This document shows positions 1 to 12,102 of a stretch of 64,000 bases of DNA, one piece after another. Within the stretch, counting starts at the first letter, position 1. Each line of letters begins with the position of its first letter. The notes beneath the pieces were generated by a model. It was given only the letters and a program-made list of their open reading frames with translations. It was not told the origin of the DNA and made no database searches. The stretch is from assembly GCA_002633005.1 (NCBI GenBank), contig NMRA01000309.1, forward strand, positions 186,001 to 250,000. Direction: 5' to 3'. The stretch comes from Phoronis australis (Eukaryota; Animalia; Phoronida). The position numbers and the translations under genes were made by a program.

Positions 1-194
1 TCTTTTTAAATTCAGAAAATGAGTAAAACCTGTTATTTTCATCAAGTAGGTCATTAATAAAAAGAACACCACTACTACCTGGAATTTCCATAGATAAGCC
101 CATGGGCGTGTACTCGGAAAATGAACATTTTCAGGCATTTTATCAACAACAAATAAACGCCCGGTCGAAACAAGTGAAATTATTTGTGTTGTCC

Positions 195-690
195 AATTTC
201 ACTCGGAATGTCCACCCCCACCAGCCACACATTCCATCGTTTGGGTATTGCATTTGAATCGTCGTGTTCATCTCATGTCGTGTTCATTTTAGAACACCAA
301 TATCTGTTAATTCGTCGGGTGAATACTTTCACGTCGGATAGATGAGTCTGATACACTTTATCTAGCTGGAAATCAAGCAGTGTTAGCCATGTGTGTTGAT
401 TAGGAACGACGTACGCGATTAGCGTGGTCAGATGATTTTGACCATTTGCTTTTACAGTTGCTGTTCATGGAGTGCGTTGTCCAGATCAAAAACATAGGCA
501 AACCAACTATTGTTGTGTGTACCTTTCAAAGTCTAAATGTCACCTTGATAGATATTTGTAAAACTTTTTGTGAATTAGCGTACGGGTCAAATAATCATCG
601 TTATAAGGCAATTTCATGAAAATCCATGACCTCGATTTCGATGTGCACACATTTGAATAAGACAGTCATTACTTTTGGGGCATCCTGTAC
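195..690 (-). mobile_element. Degenerate Tc1/mariner-like DNA transposon fragment
   Basis: The minus strand begins TACAGGATGCCCCAAAAGTAATGAC (about 689), resembling a TA-CAGGGTGTCCC mariner TIR. Broken translations NRYWCSKMN...QYPK/WNVW resemble the mariner NxRYWxxxNP...QxPxKxNVW segment. The other end was not found. Confidence 0.45.
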
Positions 691-1655
691 ATCCTTTCAT
701 TTGAATCAATGTCTTTTGTAGCTGCGAAAAGAACCATGCGAATAAATCGTTGTTAGTTGATGTTTTCGTTAATTGTTCCGTCGCTGTCACGTTTTATTCC
801 TTCGTTCCACTCAAATTTCTCTAGCTTGCACTGCCCATCCTTAGCGTTGAAAACTTTGGAACACAATGACTCAGCTAAAATAGTGTGCCGTTCTGACTAA
901 TTACTGGTAAACAGGTGAACACAAAGAAACAATATCAACGTTGGAATTTACAACACAAATTCCAGAACGCCCAATAGATGACAAGAACACTTCAAAATAC
1001 AATGAATCGGCTCCACAAGTTCATCAACCATCACAAACAGCATCTACTTCAATGCCAGACTGTTGATCCGTGTTGCACACCAGACTCGCTGTGAAGCCCT
1101 TAGTGGGACATGTCTATACTCCCTCATCTTATCCTAGCCGACATCCCTCATCAATAATAGGAAGAAGAATATGTGCAGCACACACACGAAGTATATCGCC
1201 TGTTGCGTTTAGTGCACGCTACTTATCCCTGCAATGCAAGTAAATGTTTCTTCGTGTATTCTGGGCCGCTGTTGAGACGGTGGGGTTTCCACAACACAAC
1301 AATGTTAATCCTTCCTCACAGTTTAACAGTCAGTCGTGTAAGGAGTTGCTTTTTACCGGTTGAACGATTTCTGAGAACTGGCATTTTTATCATCAAACAT
1401 TTTCTTTCCGTTGCCATCTTGGTTGGGAAAGGCGTTTTCACTAAAACTAGGGTGGTTCGCAGACTCCAATAGACAAGATACTTGAACATGAGATGAGTTA
1501 ATTTTGTCACTCGGTCCCGCCACTTGTTCTGCAGATGTGATGCAGCTTGGGCGGATGGTTGGGAATGTTAAACGGGATACCTCACATAGCTCTGGTCACA
1601 AGGCAATTCTTCAATCCTGTCGTGTCATCACTTCGTACCGTAGGCCATCTATTAA

Positions 1656-2483
1656 AGAGTTCCCACAATGACCGTGTGTCTCAAAAAGAGTTTTATTAAT
1701 ACATCTTAAGAGATTTAACAGCCTTTAGTTTACCTGTTGCTAAGAAACAAGCCAAAATTTCATTATTTTTCTGGTATCGGGGTTGCACGTAATGGGTGGA
1801 AGACCGTCTCCGTTGTTGTTTTTACCAGTGCGATACTGAAGAGTTGTGAGGAAAGTCCGTGGAGAGCAGCCGTTTTCAGACATGAAGAGGTGCGTTCGTT
1901 TGTGGAGACTGTAGTAACAGAAGATTGACTGAGAACGTCTCTGTGCTCAAATTTTCTAAATACGTGAAAGTTGCACAGAAATGACATCGGTTTGTGCGCT
2001 GCACGAGAGTGTGAAACGTCAGTGTCGAATACGCGATTCAGACGGGAACCACACTTTGCTTGGCACATTTCAAGGAATCGTGTTTCGACCAAACACAAAA
2101 ACGGCGTTACAATGGAGGACTCGCCAACTTGTAAGTGTATTGGCAATTTTTATAAATAACGAACAAAGGCTGCTTCCATTCTAGGGCGAGTGATGCGAGA
2201 CCCACAACCCCGGCCCAGATCGAGTGCTACGTCATGAAGGCTTATGCATTGTATTCAGGCGGTACTCATTTCGTCATGGCAACAGTGAATATGAGTGACC
2301 AAGTACGTGTCCCACCCATTACATCATTTGGCGGGAAACTTGGACATAAATAATTTTCTTCAAAATTAAAATAATCGCGACTATGTAGCATAAATAGTGT
2401 TTATTTATTTAGATTTTATGGTATTCACTTCATATCAGCTAACCGAAACCTCAAAAACTAAGAAAATGCATGGTGGGAACTCT
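1656..2483. mobile_element. Non-autonomous Kolobok-like DNA transposon (TTAA TSD)
   Basis: TIRs AGAGTTCCCACAATG / CATGGTGGGAACTCT, flanked by TTAA at 1652-1655 and 2484-2487. RR...YY termini plus a TTAA TSD are typical of Kolobok. Confidence 0.75.
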
Positions 2484-2503
2484 TTAACTTGTTTAAGCCT
2501 GCA

Positions 2504-3697
2504 CAGGCATGCACTTGCAAAATTGTAGGAGTCACAATTGATTTTGTGCAGCGGACCACGGCTGGCCAGAACTTGTATACAGACACTTTTAAGGTATTTC
2601 GCCTCACCATCTAAGTACTGGTCGTAGTAATACAGTTTACATCAACAAATGCTATCAAAAATGTACTATAGCCCAAAATCTTCCCATTGAACCTTGGGCT
2701 TTCAATATTGGGAAGAGAGAGCGAAGTTGCCAACTGGTGGCGAGTCCTTAGACCATCATTCCATTGATTTGGCAAAAAAAATTAGTGTGGCTGACAGGTT
2801 GAGATATCTTTACACTAGGATTCAGTTGATTCTGTTTGTGAGTGCCGGCTGAAGCGGGTAAATATAAACAACATTATTCCGGGTGATGAAAAGGTACGGT
2901 GTAGGTGGTGAAGAGGTACAGTGTAGGTTGTGAAGAGGTACAGTGTAGGTTGTGAAGAGGTATTAATAGTGTAGGTGGTGAAGAGGTACAGTGTAGGTGG
3001 TGAAGAGGTACAGTGTAGGTGGTGAAGAGGTACAGTGTAGGTGGTGAAGAGGTATTAATAGTGTAGGTGGTGAAGAGGTACAGTGTAGGTGGTGAAGATT
3101 GCCAGAAAGTTACAACTGTAAGATGGAATTTGCCTCGCATCCGAATACGTCATTCGGCTAGTGCAGCGTTTCACGGATTTTTTCGACAGGATGTTTCAGA
3201 CGTCGGTTATTAAGTTGCTGGATCAGTACATGTAAGTTTGCCCAGTGGCATGCAAACTAAAAGTGGAGGGAGTTTGCGTTCCAGTGTTATCTTTAACGAT
3301 TTTAATGACAGTCATCAAAGCAGGTCAGACCTGGCAAAATCGCGGTTACTTTTTCAACGAGTGTTCTCTCCCTTTTCACACTGATTCAAGTTTCACGCCG
3401 GCAACTAATCTTGCGCTCTAGAGCTTTTCAACGGCAGTCGTGAAGAACCGGAATGCCGTACTTGCACGTAAGAACCCAATTTTGCGACCTGAAATTTGTG
3501 AGTATTTAACACCGCAATTAGGAACATAATCTAAACATGTTATTGTTGATCTAAAAAATCAATTTTGGCGCGTAAAAATGGCGGGAAATTTTTGCAATGT
3601 GACATTTATGAATGCGAGCTGGATTTTGAGAATGCGACCTGAGATTTTGGCTAGGTCGCAAATTGCTACCTGGCGATTTTCATAGCGTCGAGCCCTG
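2504..3697. mobile_element. Possible hAT-like non-autonomous element(s) carrying the minisatellite
   Basis: Starts CAGGCATGC and ends ...GCGTCGAGCCCTG, with subterminal GCGACC motifs. No matching TSD was found. Confidence 0.3.
2882..3097. repeat. Minisatellite, 22-bp unit GTGTAGGTGGTGAAGAGGTACA (about 9-10 copies, with a 26-bp variant containing TATTAATA)
   Basis: Direct tandem copies visible with no spacers. Confidence 0.95.
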
Positions 3698-3699
3698 TC

Positions 3700-4087
3700 A
3701 AACAAGACATTTTTTCTGCTTCAAGGGCTTTAAATGTCATTTTGACTTCAAGTTTTTCTTCGCGAATTTGAAGTGGCAGTTCTTTCATTTTAATAAGGAG
3801 CTTTCTTCAAAGACCTGTCTATTGAGTTCCTCTTCTCGAAGTTCAAGAATCCCCTGTTCTTCTTTTATCGTCTGTTTTTCTTGAAGTGCCTCAGTTTTGG
3901 GCAACGGCTTTGCTTTTTGTTCTCCATGTTGACCGTCCCTGACTGTTTTGAGACGCATGTCTGAGGGGATGCTGATGTTTGTGAAATACACGACACTTAC
4001 AGCATCTGCATCATTGTTGCTAAACATCGTCGTGGTATCATACTCGTAGTTTGTAGGAAAGGCTTGTCTATGTTCTTGTTTTTGCAT
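3700..4087 (-). pseudogene. Decayed coiled-coil ORF fragment, possibly the N-terminus of a retrotransposon gag (BEL/Pao-like)
   Basis: Translation KAKPLPKTEALQEKQTIKEEQGILELREEELNRQ is interrupted by stops. The family assignment rests only on remembered resemblance. Confidence 0.25.
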
Positions 4088-4179
4088 CCAGTGCCCAGAT
4101 ATCGATATTTGAGTCGGTCGAGATTTTGATCATACTAACTTAGCAGTCAAAAGCAGTGTATGGAACGATATTAAACTTA

Positions 4180-4573
4180 GGTGCCGTCCACACACAGACT
4201 TGCCCTGGAACAAGTTACTCCTGGAACGAGTTGTCGCTAGTATTATGTCTAGAAACTACTGCAACTTGCGGCGATTGTGACAACTTACTCCACCTGATCG
4301 AGTGAGGACAACTTGTTTTAGGGTAACTTCAGCCGCTCCTAATCACTGTGTGACAGCAAACATGCCTCAAGGCGGGAGTAATTATCAGCTACGCCCTTGC
4401 GCAGTTGCATATATACGGTTTTCCTTTTTTCGCACCAAATTCACATTCATGTGTTTGCAAAGGTCCGCATGCACACAGCACCAGCTTACGCCATGCGCTA
4501 GTTATCACGGGATATATTTACAAGTTACAATAGTGCAAGTTGCTCTGTGTTAAGTCTATGTGTGGACGGGACC
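4180..4573. mobile_element. PIF/Harbinger-like MITE
   Basis: 22-bp TIRs GGTGCCGTCCACACACAGACTT / AAGTCTATGTGTGGACGGGACC, flanked by TTA and TAA, with internal CAAGTT/AACTTG subrepeats. Confidence 0.75.
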
Positions 4574-5254
4574 TAAGAGTCATGTTGTGAATAAATCATT
4601 TATTTGTTCGATGATGCATTCGTTAATCGTTCGTTGTCTGAGTCTTTATTTCGTTCGACTCAAATTGTGCGCTAAAGTCACCCTTCTCCCTCTAAAACTG
4701 CACATCCTTTTCATTAAAGTCTTCGAACATACTGATTCAGCAGGTGTGTCACATTGACATGGATTCTGAGTCTCAGAATCCAGCCCATTGACTAATCATG
4801 CATGTAGGCCTACAGCCAGAATAGCCAGTTAACACAGCTAATGTTCTAAATCACCACTTGAACATCAATCAAAAGGCAATTTTCAGTTACGTCATCAGAG
4901 GAATCCTGTGATATAGAGAGTTTCATTTGGGCAAATGTCATAAAAATATAAAACATACAGTAAGATACATACTGGAATATGAAACAAGTCGACAATAACA
5001 CAAAAGACTAGCCACTTTTTTAACTATGGCGTTCACAATCATGAAATAAGCAATAAGAATGAGTAAATTTTAAAAACTAAATGTACACTATCAGCATCAA
5101 CGTTTAATCAATAGCTCGAGTGCGTATAAACAGTATTTTAAAAGCGCCGACTGCAGTATTTTACAAAGAAGTTAAATCAGTGTCTCACGAAAGAGGCTGT
5201 TTTAAACCTCCGAAACTGACAAAAAGTGAACCTCAGATGTAGATTTTTTTGTTA

Positions 5255-5450
5255 ACACAGCCCCCCAAAGCGCTTTCGCATTATATCCAGGTTCTCATCC
5301 ACTCCCTTGCATACAGTCACCAGTAAGACCGAGCTCAGAGGAGTAGAAGGCATCTTTGTGCAATGCTCGGTTGTCAGTCAGTAAAGCCAGGATTCGAACC
5401 CGGTTCTCCCACTTGGGAGTCCGGAGCTGAAACCATTGAATCATAGGCCT
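5255..5450 (-). mobile_element. tRNA-derived SINE
   Basis: The minus strand has an A-box-like TGATTCAATGG and B-box GGTTCGAATCC, followed by a non-tRNA body ending AAAGCGCTTTGG. Confidence 0.6.
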
Positions 5451-5521
5451 ACTGTCTCCTCCTCAGATGTAGTTGTAGACTGTAGACTATTTAATTTCAA
5501 TTTTTTTACTATTTCACAAAA

Positions 5522-6247
5522 ATGGCCTACTATAAAAGGTTTAAGAATTATTACCACGACCCCGACGAAGATGTACACAAGACTAAATTGTTCTTTTATA
5601 AATTTTGTTTCCAAAAGGAGAACAACGAGAACGATAATGCTAATAACGGACCGGTGGTACTTCCGGATGAAGATGAGGAAATGGAAGTCGTTCCAGACGA
5701 CCATCCTGCAGTGGATAACCAGGCTCATGACAATTTGGCCCAACCGAATGTTAACGGCGCGCAACCAGGACCTGATAATGTTGCCCAACCGAATGTTAAT
5801 GGTGCGCAACCAGGTCCTGACAATTTGGCCCAACCGAATGTCAATGGCGCGCAACCAGGTCCCGCCGCCGTTGGTGTGCAGCTACCCGCGGTCAATCCTG
5901 TGCAGCCACAAGCCGCTGCTCCAGTTGCACAGCCCGGTGCCGGTAATCAGGCTGCGGCCCATGGCCATAACGCAGCGGCAGGACACCTTCATAACAACCC
6001 ATTCTACCATCACCACCACCCTGGGGCTCATTACCAGTATTTCCACAACCATGGAGCCCAGCTTCATCATTACCATCACCATCACCACCATGGGGGCCAA
6101 GGATACGTCCCGGGACAGCGCTTAAGGAAGAATCGTCCAAGAAGGTTCAGGGCGGGAACGCGGGAACCTAATCCAGTACTCGCTATCCGTGGGGGCGAAA
6201 CCGTGACGACTGAAGATAATGAGCCGTCAACTTCACGTGGTGCAGAG
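5522..6247 (+). CDS. Exon 1 of an orphan low-complexity protein (acidic region, 3 x 15-aa NLAQPNVNGAQPGPD repeats, His-rich tract, basic RLRKNRPRRFR)
   Basis: Good start context CAAAAATGG, 242 open codons, strong donor GAG|GTAAGT at 6247/6248 (phase 0). The 45-nt repeats differ mainly at synonymous positions. Confidence 0.65.
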
Positions 6248-7382
6248 GTAAGTTTCTTTTTAGTTTCTTCTCATGCGTTACGCGCCACCTGATTCTTAGT
6301 TCACGTGATGCACCTAGAGTTTCCCATTGTGTTCTGGATGAATCTTCAAGGCGCGTTTCGGTGGAGGTGAGTGATTTTACAATTTGCGATGAACAGAACC
6401 TAACAATGAGGTTTTATGGAAATGCAATATGCCATTTTGGTATTGTTTATGTGAGGTTATGCTAGAAAGCCACTATTCATTGATGTGAGTTGGTTCGGTA
6501 CATCCACTCGTGTAGAAACTCAAATAGTAGCAAGTGCCCATAAAATACAATACATTGTAGTATTTAACTATAGATTTCGCAGTTACAAAACTATTAAGAG
6601 TATGTACCTATGTTAACTATAAGGAAATCTTTAATATCCATTTAACATTTAAGGGAAACCAAACGGAAAATCGTCAGGTAGATATTGGTACTCTATTGGC
6701 ATTGCATGTTGAACGGATAATGTTGAAAACATAATTTTATTAAAAGCTGACGAATGTTAACCCCGTGCAGAGCGACCCTTGTATTGATTCATTAATTGCT
6801 TTGTTTTGGTTTGTTTTAAATACGGTGGCGTAGCGTTTTTTATTAAACGAAAAGGAAAGTTCACCGCCGCCATCTTGATTTAATCTAGTTTGAAGTGTGC
6901 TTCCAAATATTCCCTGCTAGGTAAACAGGAATTGTAGGCAAAATTCGCGTATACTCATGGCTTAAGTCATTTTTGATTTTGGAACGCTTTGTTGATCAGA
7001 AAGTTCACAAGATCTGTGAACATATTATTCGCCAAACAACTATTGCAATTTCATGTATTTCAGAAGAAAATTTTATTAAATTGATTTATAGTAGTAGTTT
7101 GTGGTGTTGTGTTGTGTTACAAGGTAAGTACAATATTATTGCGTATAGCACGGCAATATCTTACTTTAGGTCATTGGTCAGCGTATATTCTTTCTAGCTG
7201 GTAACGTCGTAGGGACGAAGGCATTTTAATCTACTTCAACCGTGGCCTCTTTGCTCAGAACTATAGCTAACGCTTTGAAATCTAAATTACTTCTTTAAAT
7301 AGTTGGACGTGATAGTGCTAATCATGAATCGAAACAAGAAACTGTAGAAAAATACCTTTTAAAAATTGTTTGTTTGTTACAG

Positions 7383-7538
7383 CTAAGGTGTTTTAGACTT
7401 GTAAATTGTGTGGATTTTTGCCATCCACGTTTCAGGGAACGGTGCAAATTTCGTCGATTGAGCCATTTGTTGTGGACATTTTGGATACTGTACCCGAAGT
7501 GTCGTCCTCATCAAGCCAACTTACACACTAGAGACTAA
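7383..7538 (+). CDS. Probable downstream/terminal exon of the orphan His-rich gene
   Basis: Acceptor TGTTTGTTTGTTACAG| at 7382. The phase-0 frame is open for 51 codons to TAA 7536-7538. An alternative acceptor at 7435 gives a stop at 7531. AATAAA at about 7924 is followed by a T-rich tract. Confidence 0.35.
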   Translation, partial: LRCFRLVNCVDFCHPRFRERCKFRRLSHLLWTFWILYPKCRPHQANLHTRD

Positions 7539-8034
7539 GTAAACGACATCCAAATTACAGTCTGTAACAAGACCACAGTCTCGGAAGTGCCTCGAGTCAA
7601 TTTGGTGTTTGTCCCGGTAACGAAGAACGCTGGAAAGAAAGATCGTCTGTTGCGGTGGGTCATGAGAAGATGGGAGTTCTCAACAGGCTAAAACAGGACT
7701 ATCGTGTCTAGAATAGGCCTATCGATGACGAAAGTTGTTCAAATACCAGTTGTTGCTTCTCTTCAAGTCATCAGTATTGCTGTATAATCAGGCAAGCGGA
7801 CACTTCAGATGGCTCTACTGAACAATAGAAACTTCAATGAGTGCTTCACTTGAAACTAGTATTCTAAACAATAGGCATTTCAGTGTACCTAAGACTGTGC
7901 GTGTGCGTGTGTCTTTCTACTTTAATAAATTTCATTTAATATTTAGCCACAGGGTTTGTTTTTTTTTTTCTTAAAGCAGCATTGTGGTACAAATTGAGTG
8001 TAGTTATGAGAAAAAAGTTTTTACCGTCATAAAA

Positions 8035-8157
8035 GCTGGGTTGCATAAAACTTGTTACATGACGTCAGGTGCATTGTTCAACAATAACAACATGGCGGGT
8101 GATGATGCGACGTCATTGTTGCTATACAACGTATAAATTTTATGCAACTGGGCCCAG
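8035..8157. mobile_element. Short palindromic MITE
   Basis: CTGGGTTGCATAAAA ... TTTTATGCAACTGGGCCCAG inverted ends. Confidence 0.55.
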
Positions 8158-9289
8158 ATGTTCATCTTTCGTTCTGGGTACATGGAAAATTTCAAAAATT
8201 GTACAGCACAAACGCTGTTAAAGATTGGTGTATAGCGTACAAACGTTGCCCGATACGAAGGGCAATGCCAAGTTATGTGGACTGAGGGAGAACAATCTTG
8301 TTGCCCGAGGCCAATGCCTACCGTGACAGTAACGCCCGAGGCCGACGGCTAAATCGCGATTGAAATCTGTTGTAGACGGTTCTTAAAAATGTACTTTGCG
8401 AAAGAAGCAAACAATAGTTTCACCGTCAGCGTCATTTTGCCGTCTCTAGTTTCCTTCTTTCGCACAATAAATGTGTGAATCTTCGCCTTCTGATCATCTT
8501 GATTTTACCCATGTAGGAATGACACATGGGTCAGGAAAAATGATAGTTATAAGATGGTTCAGTTTTATTGCTTGTTTGTCTGTGGCTATGACTGAATAAA
8601 TGTTTTAAAACATAACAGCATGTCATGTGACTCGATGAAAATGGAGAAGGCTGCCGATTGCGCGAGGATGCTCGGACTTCAACAAAAAATAATCTGTATA
8701 TCAGGAGGCAGACTAAGGGTTGAGAATGACGTCGCGCACAATTGAGATCTGCTAAGCTGAAGCCATGATTTTAGTAAATCCCGTTGCTCTCATGATTAAA
8801 GGTCGCACATGGTCTGGTATGAAACGTATCCGTGTGATAGTTTCAGGCTGCGAAAACACCCGAGGTGTTTCGGATGAAAATAGGCCTGAAAATGATCCTT
8901 AAGTTCATTTTTCACGGGTAGAAAATGACAGATCCTTGACTGGCCACTCATGGTGGGTTATATACAACTGCTCGGTGGGAATTGTGATGCAGTATAGTCT
9001 TGGAAATTTGCAGTTGTTTGAACGAAACAATGACTCTCAGAATGTGTGTGGCTTATGGCGGTGGACCCATAACAACTCTCTTCAGCTATAATGTTACACT
9101 GCATCGCCAGATTGAGCACACGCAATGATGGATGCCCATGGGCGGCGCACCATAGGGGGGCTGGGAAGGGGGCTATGGCCTACCACTTATTTCAGTGCGG
9201 CGCCGCCTATGAATTTGCCAAACACGGATATGGGAAAAATAAGCTGACAACAAACAGCAGTAAGCTGTGCACCCTTTAGTCATCAGCTT

Positions 9290-10320
9290 AGAATTACTGA
9301 TTTTGAAGCTTCCGCTTGGACTATGTGCCTCTCGGGACATTTTCCTAAGTCGAACAGATCGTATTTAGCAAAGGCGGGATGTGGAGTTTTATGAATTGCC
9401 GATGATGTCATTGTCTGTGGCAAGACGTTCGAGGAGCATGATGCAGCAATTCACAGGCTAGTGAAGGTGGCTCCATCTTAAGGGATTGTAAAAGATAAGG
9501 CATGGGTCTTTGGATCAATCTGGTAGAAGGATGGAAGGAAGCTTGATCCTAAAAATGCTACATCAGTGCCAGCAAACTAGATCCAAAGTCAGCAGATGAG
9601 CTGACAACATTTCTGGGCTTGAGTCAGTATCTCAGTCCTTACTTAGCACAGTAAAGTAAGACGTGGATTTCCAGTCAAAACCCGTAACCAGTTTTGAGCA
9701 ATTATCTGTCATTTTGGTCACTGTGAATGATCAAACCTGACACAGTATGCACTACAGACAAGTTGTTCGGAATTGCCTCCGAATACCAAGAAACTCCCAC
9801 CAACCTTTGTCCATATGAAAATGGCGTTGGTCAACTAATAAGTGTATTGGATGGACATGTCTATGTCTTACACGTGAATCTGATACAGCAAGATGCCATT
9901 CACCTGAGCGCTGACTGAACAGCTGAGTTCCGAAGTCATGAAATTTTACAAAGACATATGTTCGTGTGATTTGCAAACGTTCGAACACAGACAACCTACC
10001 TCAGTATGCAAGTGGTGAGTTCAGAAATTTGCAACAGAATGTCCCTTTGAGCATGTCACGATCAATCTGAAGTATGCTCGGTCTAATGGATTAGCTGAAA
10101 GAATGATTGTAGTCGTCAAGCAGTTACAGACGACCCAAAATTTGGACTGCTATGTTGCAGAAGTACTGGTATGCAATCTACCAACTTAAACTGGAACAAG
10201 TCAAGAGGTGACGATGAGTACTTCTGTGAGAAAACACTGCGCAACCAAGAATAATACGACAGAACAGTGCGTCCCGAACAATGCCAATTACTTTCAGGAA
10301 TGAAAGTGTTAAATAATATA
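9290..10320 (+). mobile_element. Ty3/Gypsy LTR-retrotransposon pol relic (RT and integrase fragments, heavily deleted)
   Basis: Translations Y*FLKLPLGLCASRDIF and IADDVIVCGKTFEEHDAAIHRL (RT), and TDNLPQYASGEF...YARSNGLAERMIVVVKQ (integrase core). There are stops and frameshifts. Confidence 0.85.
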
Positions 10321-10960
10321 GCTTCCGTGCTCCCGCAGTAACTCGCGTTAACTCAGGTCCCTAGACATTTTTCGCTGGGGTGAGTAGAAGTAGGCGGTTC
10401 ATGTGTCCGTTTCTATATCAAGAACTAACGCCCAATAGATACATATATAACATTGCAGCTATGTTATCAGAGTTTGAAACAAGGCGTTTCGTCATACCTT
10501 TGAAGCAGAGTCTCCCATGTTGATGTTCTGTCCTTAAAGTGTACGTAAAACATCGAACAGATATTGGACGTTTTCATGACCGAGGAAAGTTACAGCCTGA
10601 GATTATCGAGATACTAAAGATTATTATTAGAAATTGCAGTATCCAACAATTGAACATGCGCATGAACGAAGTAGTCTAATTTGCAATTTGGGCGTGGTGC
10701 GTTTTACAGCAAAACATCTGCGTGAGAAGATAGATGTTCATCTCCAAAGTTGTAGCTTTTATGACATACGTTGTCAACAGTTTTGATTCATAAGACATGA
10801 CTTATGAACTATTTACTTACGGAGTTTTGGATTCCTCTAGGAAATCACAAAACATTTTCATGCAAAGTAGCATCAAGACATCCGGCCGGAGAACAACAAA
10901 AACATTAGAGTTGCCCAATGGATTGAAATTTGTATGTGATGTCTAAGCATGCTAGTTTAA

Positions 10961-11312
10961 AAGGATAGCTGGTTTTGGCCTATTAACAGATATTTAAAAC
11001 GACTTCCTCATCCAATTCCCTGAAACAAAACTATGCTCTGTAACCCTCGACAATCCTCAAAAGTTTAGAGGAAGATTTGAAAATTCCTTTCGAAGTCTTC
11101 TAAACGGACAAGCGCTACCCACGTTTTTAGCTAATTACAAGACAAGCTTAGGGAAAGACCACCCACTAAGAACCATAATATCAAATCTTTGACAAAGGGA
11201 GTTTGAGTATTTAGTTGATTCCTGCTTTTTTCTTTTAAGATTGACGCCAGTGGTGGATTAGCACGTTGCACGAGGATTGTCTGAAATCACCAAAACAGGG
11301 TCTAATGTCCTT
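10961..11312. mobile_element. Kolobok-like non-autonomous element, copy A
   Basis: TTAA|AAGGAT...GTCCTT|TTAA; the body is homologous to 12103-12635. Confidence 0.7.
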
Positions 11313-12102
11313 TTAATTAGCCGGCATCTCAGAGAGGGAGTTCCGCTTCCTGAGTTCTCCAGAATTGTCTGATCGATTAATGCTTCAATGCAGGCATCTC
11401 ATTCGGTTTCGTGTGATGTCATCAATAATAATTTAAGATATGATTGGTCAGTAATGATAAGATTCTTCTAATTCTCACTCTATGATTTATGACGTGCATG
11501 GAATATTTCAGCAGTTGATGCTCAAGTCGGTAGGCCTCGGCTGTCCTCTTCTCTTCGAATTCACTGAAAAGTTATTCACTTACTTGCTTTTGTGTTTGGA
11601 AAATTTCAACTGTCAATAATACAAGAAAAACTTTAAACATTGATGTTTCAGTGACTTCTGATGCAGATGGAACGTACCCAATTAAACAGGCAGTTAGACG
11701 AGTGTTGATGAAATTCTGACGAAACTATATCATTCGCCCCTGGTTTGATTATTATGGTAGCCATTTTGAAATTCACTATTTCTGATATGTTTTTATTTTT
11801 TAAATAATAAACGAATTAGTTAAATTCATGGTTCAGGTTTTGACACAAATATCACTTTCCTATGAGATGAACAAACCAAATATAGCTATACATCCAGGCA
11901 GCCATTTTGAAATTCAATATGGCTGTGTTCACTTCTTGCCTCTACTTCCTGTGGCACATAACGTATGAGGCGAAATTTTAACTTAAAAACGTTACCAAAA
12001 TGATAGGTGCTTAGTCCAATTTTCATACGCACATTAAAATCGACATGCGCACCAACTGCCATGCTTTTATCACAAAGAGGACAATTTTGGTCCTTGATTT
12101 AA

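Noticed and set aside
2882-3097. CRISPR-like array
   Set aside because: Units are contiguous with no unique spacers, there are no cas genes, and the context is eukaryotic.
5436-6140. Overlapping alternative-frame and antisense ORFs at the His-rich gene
   Set aside because: Repeat variation is mostly synonymous in the 5522 frame, which also has the best start context and a phase-0 donor.
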